From an uncultured Acidobacteriota bacterium (lineage in GTDB: Bacteria > Acidobacteriota > Terriglobia > Acidiferrales > UBA7541): a stretch of 64,000 nucleotides of DNA. A model generated the notes under the pieces. That model saw nothing but the letters and a program-made list of their open reading frames with translations. It was not told the DNA's origin and searched no databases. Positions 51,726-59,806 of this stretch are shown in pieces (position 1 is the first letter of the stretch; every line of letters starts with the position of its first letter). The position numbers were made by a program, and so were the translations under genes. Where the stretch lies: contig CAVTPW010000007.1 of NCBI GenBank assembly GCA_963736725.1, positions 83,387 to 147,386 of the forward strand. The letters are read 5' to 3'.

Positions 51726-51926
51726 ATGGCGAAGCTGGCGCTGATCTACGGAATGAGGTTGCTGCCGGAGGAGGACCTCGGCGAAGTAAAGGATGCGACC
51801 GTGGTGCTGAAAAACGGCCGCACGGCGCGAGTGACCATGCACTTGATAGAAGGAACCAAGGAAGAGATCGAAGCAACATTTCGCGAGTCGATTGAAGCGT
51901 TTTTTGAGATGTATCCGGAGATTTGA
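51726..51926 (+). CDS. Small acidic hypothetical protein (66 aa)
   Basis: AGGAGG RBS before ATG 51726; MAKLALIYGMRLL...IEAFFEMYPEI. Confidence 0.7.
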   Translation: MAKLALIYGMRLLPEEDLGEVKDATVVLKNGRTARVTMHLIEGTKEEIEATFRESIEAFFEMYPEI

Positions 51927-52078
51927 GGTTGGCGCGATCCGCGACAGGGTTGCCCGGTGAAGCCGCTCCAGCCACGGAGTGAGGCACAAGCGGAAACCCC
52001 TGTACCAAGTGGTTCGTTTTACGGCTGGGCGCTTCGGGGCACAGCAGTGCTGTTCCTCCAACAACCGCGCAGCATTGT

Positions 52079-52399
52079 TTATCGATTGCCGAAATTTTCC
52101 GGGTCGGTGTTGGGATCTCCCACGGTATCAGAGATTAGTACCGTGGATTGACCGGTCAGCTCGAAACGCTTCCTGCACTTGTAGCAGGCGACCAAGTCGT
52201 CTAAACGCACCATGTAGGAAGAGGCCTTGGCGAAGCGTTTCTTGTCTTCCTCACCGGCGCCCCGCGGCAGCTCTTTCTTCTTCCGAGAAACCTTCCAGCG
52301 CACGGGGCACTCAAATTCGCCACGGCAACTGGGGCAAACCAGCTTGATCTTCCGGACTTCTTCGCGTTCGGTGTAAAAGGCTCGCTCGTCCATAGTCAT
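52079..52399 (-). CDS. Small putative zinc-binding protein (two CxxC)
   Basis: ATG overlaps the deacetylase stop (ATGA); CPSC...CYKC. Confidence 0.7.
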   Translation of the reverse strand: MTMDERAFYTEREEVRKIKLVCPSCRGEFECPVRWKVSRKKKELPRGAGEEDKKRFAKASSYMVRLDDLVACYKCRKRFELTGQSTVLISDTVGDPNTDPENFGNR

Positions 52400-53145
52400 T
52401 GCGCGGGTGTGCGCACCGCTTGGTCGATTGTAGCAAATCTGAGCCCCAGATCGCGCCAACGCGGCAGCCAATACTCAAGGGCGGCCAGAGTATGAGTGCG
52501 GTCCGCGCTCTGGGCGCGATGACTGCCGTCGTGGAGGCAGAGAAGGTCGCCCGTGCCTGTGGCGTTTGGGGGGTTTGCCGCGGCACGTTTGGCGATCGGC
52601 TGCATGCGGTCGATCAGCCAAGCAGCTGAGGGCGCACGCCAGTCGCTTGGCAGCACGGTCCACATCACGACACGGAGATCGAGTTCGCGTGCCGCGCCCG
52701 CCAGCCAAGGATTGCGCAAACCCCATGGCGGGCGGAACCACTTCGGCAGGGTGCCGACAGCCCGGGCAATGGAATCAGAGCCACGAAACAATTCGTTATG
52801 AATTTGCAGAGGGCCAGCCCAAAACAGGTTCGTATGCGTGTCCGTGTGACATCCGATGGCGTGCCCGTGGGCGACAATTTCTCGAACCAGATCCGGGCAC
52901 TCGCGAACATAGCGTCCGATCAGAAAGAAGGTTGCGCGGGCTTCAAATCGTTGCAAGAGATCCAGCAGTTTTGGTGTGATCGTGGGATTTGGGCCGTCGT
53001 CGAACGTGATGGCAAGGTCGTGGGGCGACGAAGTATGGCAGATTGTCGGTCCAAACAATTGAGAGCGCGGGTGGCGAGCACCATAGGCGGTCAGCGCTGC
53101 AGCGGCGGCGACGACAGCAGGGCCCGCGATCATCCAGGGATTCAC
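52396..53145 (-). CDS. Polysaccharide deacetylase (CE4/NodB homology)
   Basis: TFDDGP, ATFFLIG, HAIGCHTDTH, FRPPWG, LCLHDG. Confidence 0.92.
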   Translation of the reverse strand: MNPWMIAGPAVVAAAAALTAYGARHPRSQLFGPTICHTSSPHDLAITFDDGPNPTITPKLLDLLQRFEARATFFLIGRYVRECPDLVREIVAHGHAIGCHTDTHTNLFWAGPLQIHNELFRGSDSIARAVGTLPKWFRPPWGLRNPWLAGAARELDLRVVMWTVLPSDWRAPSAAWLIDRMQPIAKRAAANPPNATGTGDLLCLHDGSHRAQSADRTHTLAALEYWLPRWRDLGLRFATIDQAVRTPAQ

Positions 53146-53336
53146 GCGGCTATTCTCGCACGAGGCGTGCTTTGCGCAAGCATCTCTACCGGGAGCAAAC
53201 TGCTTGGTTCGTCAAGTAAGGTCGGGTTTCCAAATTTGGCCGATAGATCGAAGGCCTTGCCCAGGCTGGTCGGGTCTCTGTCAGGATGCTGCTCACAAGC
53301 CACATCATCTCGACGGAAACCATCAAAGGGGGATCC

Positions 53337-54260
53337 ATGGCAGGGTTCTGTAGGAATTGCGGAAGTCCGCTGGCTGACGGGCAGGGATTTTGCGTCAAGT
53401 GCGGGACGCGCGTTGGTGACGCCGCACAACCAGCTGCAGCGGCGCCACCGCCTACTCCAGCGTCCACTCAACCGCCGCTTCCGGCATCGCCGCAGCCGCC
53501 ATTTCAAGCGAACCCGGCCGCTTACTCGGCGACGGTACCTGGCGTTCCGCCAGCCAAGACAGGCATGAGCCCGCTGGTAAAGATTCTGATCGCCGTGGTG
53601 ATGCTGTTTGTCGTGTTTGGCGTGTTTGCCGCGGCGGCGATGATGTACATCGGCCACCGCATCCATCAGAAGGCCCAGGAATTCGGGCTCACACGATCAC
53701 CCGAAGAAATGAGAGAGAGCCGTGAGGCGCTGCGCCGCATTGATGGCTGCTCGCTGCTGTCCAAGGCGGACGTCAGCCAGGCCGTCAAAATGGACGTGGT
53801 GCGCGCGGAATCGGGCCAGAGCGACAGTCCCGGATGCACGTATAGCGTCATGGGAGATGCGGCGGACCTGACGTCGAAACATCTCTCGGCTTTACGCCGG
53901 AACGAGCTCAACAAATCTCAGCAAGACATGGTTGAAAATTTCGGCAAGACGATTCTTCACGGCACGAATTCGGAATCGAACGGCAGCGTCAGCGAGCACC
54001 CCGGGGAAGCGCCCGTTTTCGTTTTCAACATCGACGACAACGCTCTGCTTCAAATGCGCTTGAGCAAAGCGACGCTGGGCAACATGCCCGGAGCAGGGAG
54101 CGCAACGATACCGGGCCTTGGCGACGAAGCGTTTGACGCGGCGGGTGCGATGATGTTCATTCGCAAAGGCGACAAGCTCGTCCGCATCCTGTACATGACT
54201 TGCCCTTGCAATCGCGACGACATATTGCCTTTGGCGCGGACGATCGTCGGGAACCTGTGA
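53337..54260 (+). CDS. Zinc-ribbon / Pro-rich / single-TM protein with Cys-containing external domain
   Basis: CRNCG...CVKCG, Pro-rich linker, TM helix ILIAVVMLFVVFGVFAAAAMMY, then DGCSLLSKADV. ATG 53337. Confidence 0.75.
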   Translation: MAGFCRNCGSPLADGQGFCVKCGTRVGDAAQPAAAAPPPTPASTQPPLPASPQPPFQANPAAYSATVPGVPPAKTGMSPLVKILIAVVMLFVVFGVFAAAAMMYIGHRIHQKAQEFGLTRSPEEMRESREALRRIDGCSLLSKADVSQAVKMDVVRAESGQSDSPGCTYSVMGDAADLTSKHLSALRRNELNKSQQDMVENFGKTILHGTNSESNGSVSEHPGEAPVFVFNIDDNALLQMRLSKATLGNMPGAGSATIPGLGDEAFDAAGAMMFIRKGDKLVRILYMTCPCNRDDILPLARTIVGNL

Positions 54261-54340
54261 CGCTGAGGGTGGCCGGCTTGGGCTTGGAACGCGCGTGAAT
54301 TGCGTAGAGCGGGGGCTTGGTTTGCGAGCAATCGGCTGAA

Positions 54341-54379
54341 ATCCTGAGGCTGCCCTCGTCGGGTTGCCTCAGGATGACA
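54341..54379 (-). repeat. TGTC-tagged palindromic element between convergent genes (may also terminate transcription)
   Basis: ATCCTGAGGC (54341-54350) pairs with GCCTCAGGAT (54366-54375), followed by GACA. Confidence 0.6.
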
Positions 54380-54426
54380 GGGTGGTGGCAAGTGCGGCGG
54401 CACAATGGTCGTGTCGCAGCTCGGAA

Positions 54427-55092
54427 TCAGCCGGGGAGAAGGCGGCGCGATTTCAGGTCTTGCAAGAGGCGCTCGACTTCGGTTTCGCGGTCGATGCGCG
54501 TCAGGCGCTCGGCGAGGTCATCGGTGGCTAGTTCTACCTCCGCGCTGGCGACTGCTTCGGTGCGATTTACGCGATCCTTAAGGCGGTCGAAGGTGGCGCT
54601 CTTGGCGTTGTCGCCGAGCGCAGTTTGTGCGCGGGCGGCTTTGCCCAGGGCAATGCTGCGGCGGTGACGCGCTAGCAATAGTTCGCGCTTGGATTTCGCT
54701 TCGTCGAGCTTTTGTTCGAGTTTCATCAGCGCTGCTTTGAGGGCTTCGACCTGGGCCTTTTGATCGTCCACTTGTTCGCGGTAGCTCAGCGCCAGGCGTT
54801 GCGACGTGTGGTAGCGATCGAGGGCTGCGCGGGCCAGGTCGTCCTGGCCTTTGTCCACCGAGCGTTCGGCTTTACGCATCCAGTCGCTGCCTGCGTCTTC
54901 GTTCTCCTTCAGTTTTTTCTCGAGCATGTGCTGGTCGGCGATGGACACCGCGACCTGCGTTTTGAGCTGCATGTATTGATTCTCCATGTCCAGAATCACT
55001 TGCTTGATCATTTTTTCCGGATCTTCGGCGCGATCGATCGCGTCGTTGATGTTTGCGCGAATTAAGGTGCTTACACGTTCCAAAAGTCCCAT
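54427..55092 (-). CDS. pspA: PspA/IM30 (ESCRT-III-like) protein
   Basis: MGLLERVSTLIRANINDAIDRAEDPEKMIKQVILDM, long coiled coil, AALDRY, FDRLKDRV. Confidence 0.92.
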   Translation of the reverse strand: MGLLERVSTLIRANINDAIDRAEDPEKMIKQVILDMENQYMQLKTQVAVSIADQHMLEKKLKENEDAGSDWMRKAERSVDKGQDDLARAALDRYHTSQRLALSYREQVDDQKAQVEALKAALMKLEQKLDEAKSKRELLLARHRRSIALGKAARAQTALGDNAKSATFDRLKDRVNRTEAVASAEVELATDDLAERLTRIDRETEVERLLQDLKSRRLLPG

Positions 55093-55117
55093 GGCAATTC
55101 CCCTTTCTATGCTCCCC

Positions 55118-55137
55118 CGAAGCCAAGAACGGCTTCG
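55118..55137 (-). other. Stable hairpin in the pspA 5' region
   Basis: CGAAGCC-6 nt-GGCTTCG perfect 7-bp stem between the small-ORF stop and the pspA RBS. Confidence 0.5.
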
Positions 55138-55143
55138 ATGTCT

Positions 55144-55296
55144 CTACTGGGCCGCAAAATACCCGAGGCTCGTTGCCACACACTTTTCCAGCATCATGAC
55201 GGCGTTGCCCGAAAAGTGGATAGCGAGAAACAAGCCGAGCGCCACTGCCAATATCCCCAAAACAAAAGCGATCTTCTTCGCATTGCTGACGGCCAT
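55144..55296 (-). CDS. Unannotated 50-aa single-TM peptide
   Basis: GGGAGG RBS, ATG 55296, TAG 55146-55144. Sequence MAVSNAKKIAFVLGILAVALGLFLAIHFSGNAVMMLEKCVATSLGYFAAQ. Confidence 0.6.
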   Translation of the reverse strand: MAVSNAKKIAFVLGILAVALGLFLAIHFSGNAVMMLEKCVATSLGYFAAQ

Positions 55297-55320
55297 GACC
55301 TTCCCTCCCGGGCCAACCTT

Positions 55321-55361
55321 AAAAAAAGAGCGCCGGGGCAGATTCCCAATCCGCCCCGGCG
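55321..55361 (-). terminator. Intrinsic terminator after the flotillin gene
   Basis: Minus strand CGCCGGGGCGGAT-TGGGA-ATCTGCCCCGGCG (13-bp stem, one G-U) followed by CTC-TTTTTTT. Confidence 0.75.
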
Positions 55362-55371
55362 GAAGCGATCG

Positions 55372-56811
55372 TTATGAATTGCTGCCCGGCAGCGGCGGCG
55401 CCGACTTGGGCGCTTTGTCGCCGATCAATCGTACCTTGGAGAGCAGGTCCGACATCTGCATGCCGGAGAGGGCTTCGAACAGCGCAGGCACTTGCGCTGC
55501 GATCTTGGTGACGTCGCCGGTCAGCTTGTACGCACCGGCGGCGTCGCCGTTGCCCGTGGAGACGATGGTCACCTTGTCGATTTTGCTGAGCGGCTCTGCG
55601 AGCGCGCGGACTACTTCCGGCAAACCGGTGATCAGCTTGTCGACGACGGCAGCCTGGTTGTACTCCTGGAAGGCTTCCGCCTTGATGTTCATGGCCCGAG
55701 CTTCAGACTCGCCTTTCTTGAAGATGATCTCGGCGTCAGCTTCACCTTGCGCGCGGGTCGCCGAGGCGCGGCCTTCGGCTTCCTTGATCAAGCGCTGTCG
55801 CTCGGCTTCGGCGAGCGTCTCGATGCGTTGCCGCTCGATCTCCGCCGGTTTCAGCACGGTGGCGATCAGTTCGCGTTCGCGGCGCGCAATTTCGGCGTCT
55901 TGCACCTTTACTTGCGCTTCGCGTTCCGCTTGCTGGACGCGGACGGCTTGCAGGATTACCTGTTGTTGCTGGACGTTGGTTTCGATTTCATAGGCTTTGT
56001 CGGCCTGCGCTTGGGCGCGCTTGGTGGTTTCCAGGTATTGAGCTTTCTTGATGTCGAGGTCGCGCTCCGCTTCCGCTTGCTTGGTCAGCGAAGCGGTCTC
56101 GGCAGCGACGCGCTCCTGATCGGCTTGGGCTTTCGCGACGGCTGCGGCGCGTTGCGATTCGGCGCGCTTGATGGCGATGTCGCGATCGGCTTCGGCCGCG
56201 GCTACTTCCGCGTCGCGCTTGATGCGCGCGATGTCCGGCCGGCCCATGTTGGTGATGTATTCGTTCTTGTCGCGCACTTCCTTCAAGGTGAAGCTGATCA
56301 CTTCCAGCCCCATCTTGTTCATGTCGTCGGCGCAGGTGGAGCGCATACGATCGGCAACCATTTCGGGTTCCTTCACGATCTGTTCGACCGTGAGCTGCCC
56401 GATAATCCCGCGGAGATGGCCTTCCATGACCAGGCGAATTAAACCTTCGCGCTGCTCGGGGCGCTTGGTTAAGAATTGTTCCGCGCCGGTGCGAATCGAT
56501 TCCGGATCGGATTTCACTTTGATCTGGGCGACCGCTTCAATCGTGACCGCGACGCCCTGCTTGGTGTACAGGCTCTGCTGCGGCGCGACGTCGAACGACA
56601 TCAGCTCCAGCGACAGCTCGCGGCATTGCTCGATCATCGGATAGATGATCGTGCCGCCGCCTTTCACGATGCGGGTGCCGCGGAGGCCGTAGATGATCAA
56701 TGCCTCGTGCGGGCCCGCTTTACGAAACAACTTCGCCAGCACCGCCATGATGAAAAGCAAACCCAACACGGCGAGTCCGGCGATCACCGGTACCGTCATT
56801 TGATCGAACAT
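55372..56811 (-). CDS. Flotillin-like SPFH-domain protein (FloT/YuaG type)
   Basis: N-terminal TM helix, SPFH core (GHLRGIIGQLTVE, MGLEVISFTLKEV), AEA-rich coiled coil, KAEAFQEYNQAAV. GGAGG RBS. Confidence 0.93.
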   Translation of the reverse strand: MFDQMTVPVIAGLAVLGLLFIMAVLAKLFRKAGPHEALIIYGLRGTRIVKGGGTIIYPMIEQCRELSLELMSFDVAPQQSLYTKQGVAVTIEAVAQIKVKSDPESIRTGAEQFLTKRPEQREGLIRLVMEGHLRGIIGQLTVEQIVKEPEMVADRMRSTCADDMNKMGLEVISFTLKEVRDKNEYITNMGRPDIARIKRDAEVAAAEADRDIAIKRAESQRAAAVAKAQADQERVAAETASLTKQAEAERDLDIKKAQYLETTKRAQAQADKAYEIETNVQQQQVILQAVRVQQAEREAQVKVQDAEIARRERELIATVLKPAEIERQRIETLAEAERQRLIKEAEGRASATRAQGEADAEIIFKKGESEARAMNIKAEAFQEYNQAAVVDKLITGLPEVVRALAEPLSKIDKVTIVSTGNGDAAGAYKLTGDVTKIAAQVPALFEALSGMQMSDLLSKVRLIGDKAPKSAPPLPGSNS

Positions 56812-56887
56812 ATAGTCCTCCCTTTAACCAACTCGCTCGGACCGCTTGCGGGGCATCTGGTCCGAGGAAACTTTTCGCCGCCGGAGC

Positions 56888-56912
56888 GGGCACGGCGGTG
56901 TCGGGCCCCTAC
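56888..56912 (-). repeat. GTAG-tagged REP-like palindrome
   Basis: Minus strand GTAGGGGCCCGAC-ACC-GCCGTGCCC (imperfect stem). Confidence 0.55.
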
Positions 56913-56922
56913 GGGGCGATGA

Positions 56923-57528
56923 TTACTTCGTGAAATCGTCCCAGCGCTTCACGTACGCGATTCCCTTCTCGTAGCGCTCGATCACGACTTCTGCGCCTTT
57001 CTCGACAAGCTCGCCCGCTTCGCTGCGCGCGCCTGCGCAGCGGCGCACACCGCCGAGCGAAAAGATCACTTCGCCGGTTCCTGTTTCGCGGATCGGCATA
57101 CTGAGCGTGCCGACGCAACCCTCGATGCGGTAATCGGCGTCGAGCATTTGCGAGTCGCTGGCGCGCGTCAGTTTGAGCATGAAGCGGTAGACGATCATTC
57201 CCGCCACGAGGCCAGCCAGCGCCGCGAGCGCCAGGCACGCCGCCGCCACCAGGTGCGAGGCGCGCGTGAGGATGTATCCCGCGCCGCCAAACCAAGCCAG
57301 AAACGCCATCATCGTCGAGGCGTTGAACCAGGAAATGTGGTTGCCCGCGCGGCCGCCGGCGCCCTTTGCTGCCACGCCTCCGTGGCCGCCCGACGCCGCG
57401 TGACCGCCATGCGCGGGCCAGTGCAGACGAAACGGCAGGTGGATGTGAACTGCTCCCGCGAGGAACGTGAGCGTGCTGAACGCAAAACCGAAGAGGAAAC
57501 AGAAAAGATAAAAGTCAGACCACGTCAT
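56923..57528 (-). CDS. Short NfeD-like protein (YuaF/NfeD2 type: TM region plus OB fold)
   Basis: TM helices with a His/Gly-rich loop; C-terminal G-x-VGTLSMPIRETGTGEV...ARS...VEKGAEVVIERYEKGIAYV. ATG 57528. Confidence 0.85.
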   Translation of the reverse strand: MTWSDFYLFCFLFGFAFSTLTFLAGAVHIHLPFRLHWPAHGGHAASGGHGGVAAKGAGGRAGNHISWFNASTMMAFLAWFGGAGYILTRASHLVAAACLALAALAGLVAGMIVYRFMLKLTRASDSQMLDADYRIEGCVGTLSMPIRETGTGEVIFSLGGVRRCAGARSEAGELVEKGAEVVIERYEKGIAYVKRWDDFTK

Positions 57529-57584
57529 AGAGCACCTCGAGCGCACTTACGGTGCGGAAGCCGGGATTCGAGACGCGAACTCGG

Positions 57585-58106
57585 TTAGTTCCGGAAAGAA
57601 CTGGAGCTGGACGGCGGTGGATGGCCGCTGCCCTGTATGCGCGGGGGGCGCAAAACCTCACTGAGTCTGTCGGCAAGTCCCGGGGTACGAAGAATTTCGG
57701 CGAGGAGCAAAAGCGCCTGCCGTGAATCCGGAACTTCGGCGATCGTTAGTAGCGCTTCGCTCAGTTCGGGGTCGGCCGGGAACTCTTGGACTCCGGCGTA
57801 GAGCCAGCGATCCACTTTCGCGTCGGTGGCTCGCAGGTCGGACTGCAGACCGAGCGAATATCCTTCCGGGTCGTCCACAAGAAAGCCCGGGTAGACGCGG
57901 AAGAAGCGCGCTAGCAGCTCGCGGGTTGCCTGCGTCAGATGCGGCCGGGAGCCGCCCTCGATCTGCGAGAGATAAGCCTGGCTCAAGCCCCGGCCGACTT
58001 CGCGTTTCATGGCGCTTCTCAATTCGAGCTGGGTCATTGGGCGGCCCAAGCCACGAAGCGAGCCTTCTACTGCGCGTAGGGATCGGAGTTTGTCGCCGAG
58101 GGTCAT
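57585..58106 (-). CDS. XRE-family HTH transcriptional regulator
   Basis: MTLGDKLRSLR...MTQLEL...LSQAYLSQIEGG...HLT. ATG 58106. Confidence 0.85.
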   Translation of the reverse strand: MTLGDKLRSLRAVEGSLRGLGRPMTQLELRSAMKREVGRGLSQAYLSQIEGGSRPHLTQATRELLARFFRVYPGFLVDDPEGYSLGLQSDLRATDAKVDRWLYAGVQEFPADPELSEALLTIAEVPDSRQALLLLAEILRTPGLADRLSEVLRPPRIQGSGHPPPSSSSSFRN

Positions 58107-58122
58107 GAGCGCACCGCCTGTT

Positions 58123-58168
58123 ATTGCAATATGCAAATCTTATATCGCAATCAGCGATCTGCTGTCAA
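58123..58168 (-). promoter_or_regulatory. sigma70-type promoter with two overlapping palindromic operator candidates
   Basis: Minus strand TTGACA (58168-58163)-N18-TATAAG (58144-58139). Palindromes TTGCA-N3-TGCAA (58124-58136) and ATCGC-N5-GCGAT (58144-58158). Confidence 0.6.
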
Positions 58169-58272
58169 GCACAGAATATGGCTTGTTTTCAATGACTTAG
58201 GGACTGGATGAGGAGACGGGACTCTACGGGGGTCCGTTGAAGCACTTGCGATCGCGGTTATGCGCGAACGAA

Positions 58273-58320
58273 AAGCAGATCATCCCTTCTCCCGCCAAAA
58301 CCGCGGGGATTGGGAATGAC
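58273..58320 (-). repeat. Palindromic intergenic element ending GGAATGAC (same family as 38622, 42449, 54341)
   Basis: AGCAGATCATCCC...CCCGC-CAAAACC-GCGGG...GGGAATGAC. Confidence 0.45.
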
Positions 58321-58373
58321 CGTTGTGAGCGAGCGCTTTGTCTGAGAAGCGGGAATTACTCGCTATTCCAGAA

Positions 58374-59756
58374 TTACTCTGGCTTGCGGATCGACTGCAA
58401 ATCGATCCCCAGTTGCTGACATTTTTTATAAAGATGACTGCGTTCCAACCCCATCGCGCGCGCCACATTCGTCATGTGAAAATTTTGGCGGTGAATTTCG
58501 GCCAGTAACACTTCCCTTTCGAACTGCTCGGTCCGCTCCGCAAGTGTTCCGGTTGCGGGGCCACTGTCTGCGACGGTTGATTTCCCATGGGACGCAGGTA
58601 AGACCAACCTCACGTCAGCAGCCGCCACCGAGTCTTCGCCCGCCAGGAGCACCAGCCTTTCGACCACGTTGCGCAGTTCGCGAAGGTTGCCCGGCCAGCC
58701 GTAGCGCCGCAGCTCGTCAATCGCATCGTTTGCGAACACTTTTTCTTTCCAGGCGTTCTGCGTCGCCACCTGTCGCGCAAAATGCTCAACCAGCGCCGGA
58801 AAGTCTTCGAGACGCTCGCGCAACGGCGGCAACGCCAGCGGAAAAACGTAAATGCGATGAAACAGATCGCGCCGAAATGTGTTCTGCTTCACGAGCTCTT
58901 CCAGGTTGCGATGCGTTGCGACGACTACGCGAACATTCACACGGATGGGCTTGTCGCCACCAACGCGCTCGACCTCGCCTTCCTCGAGTACGCGCAGGAG
59001 CTTTGCCTGCATCGCCACCGGCATGTCGCCGATCTCGTCCAGGAACAAGGTGCCGCCGTCGGCTTGTTCGAATTTTCCGAGGTGTTTGGCAGCGGCGCCC
59101 GTGAACGCTCCTTTCTCGTGGCCGAAAAGCTCGGACTCAATAAGTTCGGCCGGGACCGCCGCGCAGTTCAAGGTCACGAACGCGTTTTCGCGCCGTGCCG
59201 ACTTTTCGTGGATCGCGCGCGCGACCAGCTCCTTGCCAGTGCCGGTTTCACCGAGGATGCACACGCGCGTTTCACTCGCGGCAACGCGATCGACCTGGGC
59301 TAGGAGTTTCGTCATCGGCGAGCTTCGGCCCACGAGTTCGTGCTTTCCCAGGCGGTCACGCAGCTGCCGATTTTCTTCCTGCAAGCGCGACAGCCTCATG
59401 GCATTTTCCAGCGTCACGAGCAGTTTGTCGGTAGAAAGAGGCTTCTCGAGGAAGTCCATCGCGCCCAGCTTCGTCGCCTGGACGGCCATTTCAATGTTCG
59501 CTTCCCCAGAAATCAGGACGATGGGGACTTTCACGCCAGCTTTTTTCAGATCTTCAAGGAACTCGATACCGTTTTTACCAGGCATGACGACGTCGGACAG
59601 GATGAGGTCAAACGCCTCGCCGCGAACCAGGTCCAGCGCCCGCGACGCATTATCACAAACCGTTGCTTCGTGGCCAGCCAAGCGGAAGGCACGAGAAAGT
59701 GAGGCCAGCGTGCTGGGATCATCGTCAACCAACAGAAGGTGGGCTTTGCGCGGCAA
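58374..59756 (-). CDS. sigma54-dependent response regulator (NtrC/NtrX-like)
   Basis: [57 protein letters not shown]. Confidence 0.94.
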   Translation of the reverse strand: MPRKAHLLLVDDDPSTLASLSRAFRLAGHEATVCDNASRALDLVRGEAFDLILSDVVMPGKNGIEFLEDLKKAGVKVPIVLISGEANIEMAVQATKLGAMDFLEKPLSTDKLLVTLENAMRLSRLQEENRQLRDRLGKHELVGRSSPMTKLLAQVDRVAASETRVCILGETGTGKELVARAIHEKSARRENAFVTLNCAAVPAELIESELFGHEKGAFTGAAAKHLGKFEQADGGTLFLDEIGDMPVAMQAKLLRVLEEGEVERVGGDKPIRVNVRVVVATHRNLEELVKQNTFRRDLFHRIYVFPLALPPLRERLEDFPALVEHFARQVATQNAWKEKVFANDAIDELRRYGWPGNLRELRNVVERLVLLAGEDSVAAADVRLVLPASHGKSTVADSGPATGTLAERTEQFEREVLLAEIHRQNFHMTNVARAMGLERSHLYKKCQQLGIDLQSIRKPE

Positions 59757-59806
59757 GCATCCGTCCTTTGTTTCGAAAATTCTTTCCAGGAGCGTTAAGC
59801 GCCGCG

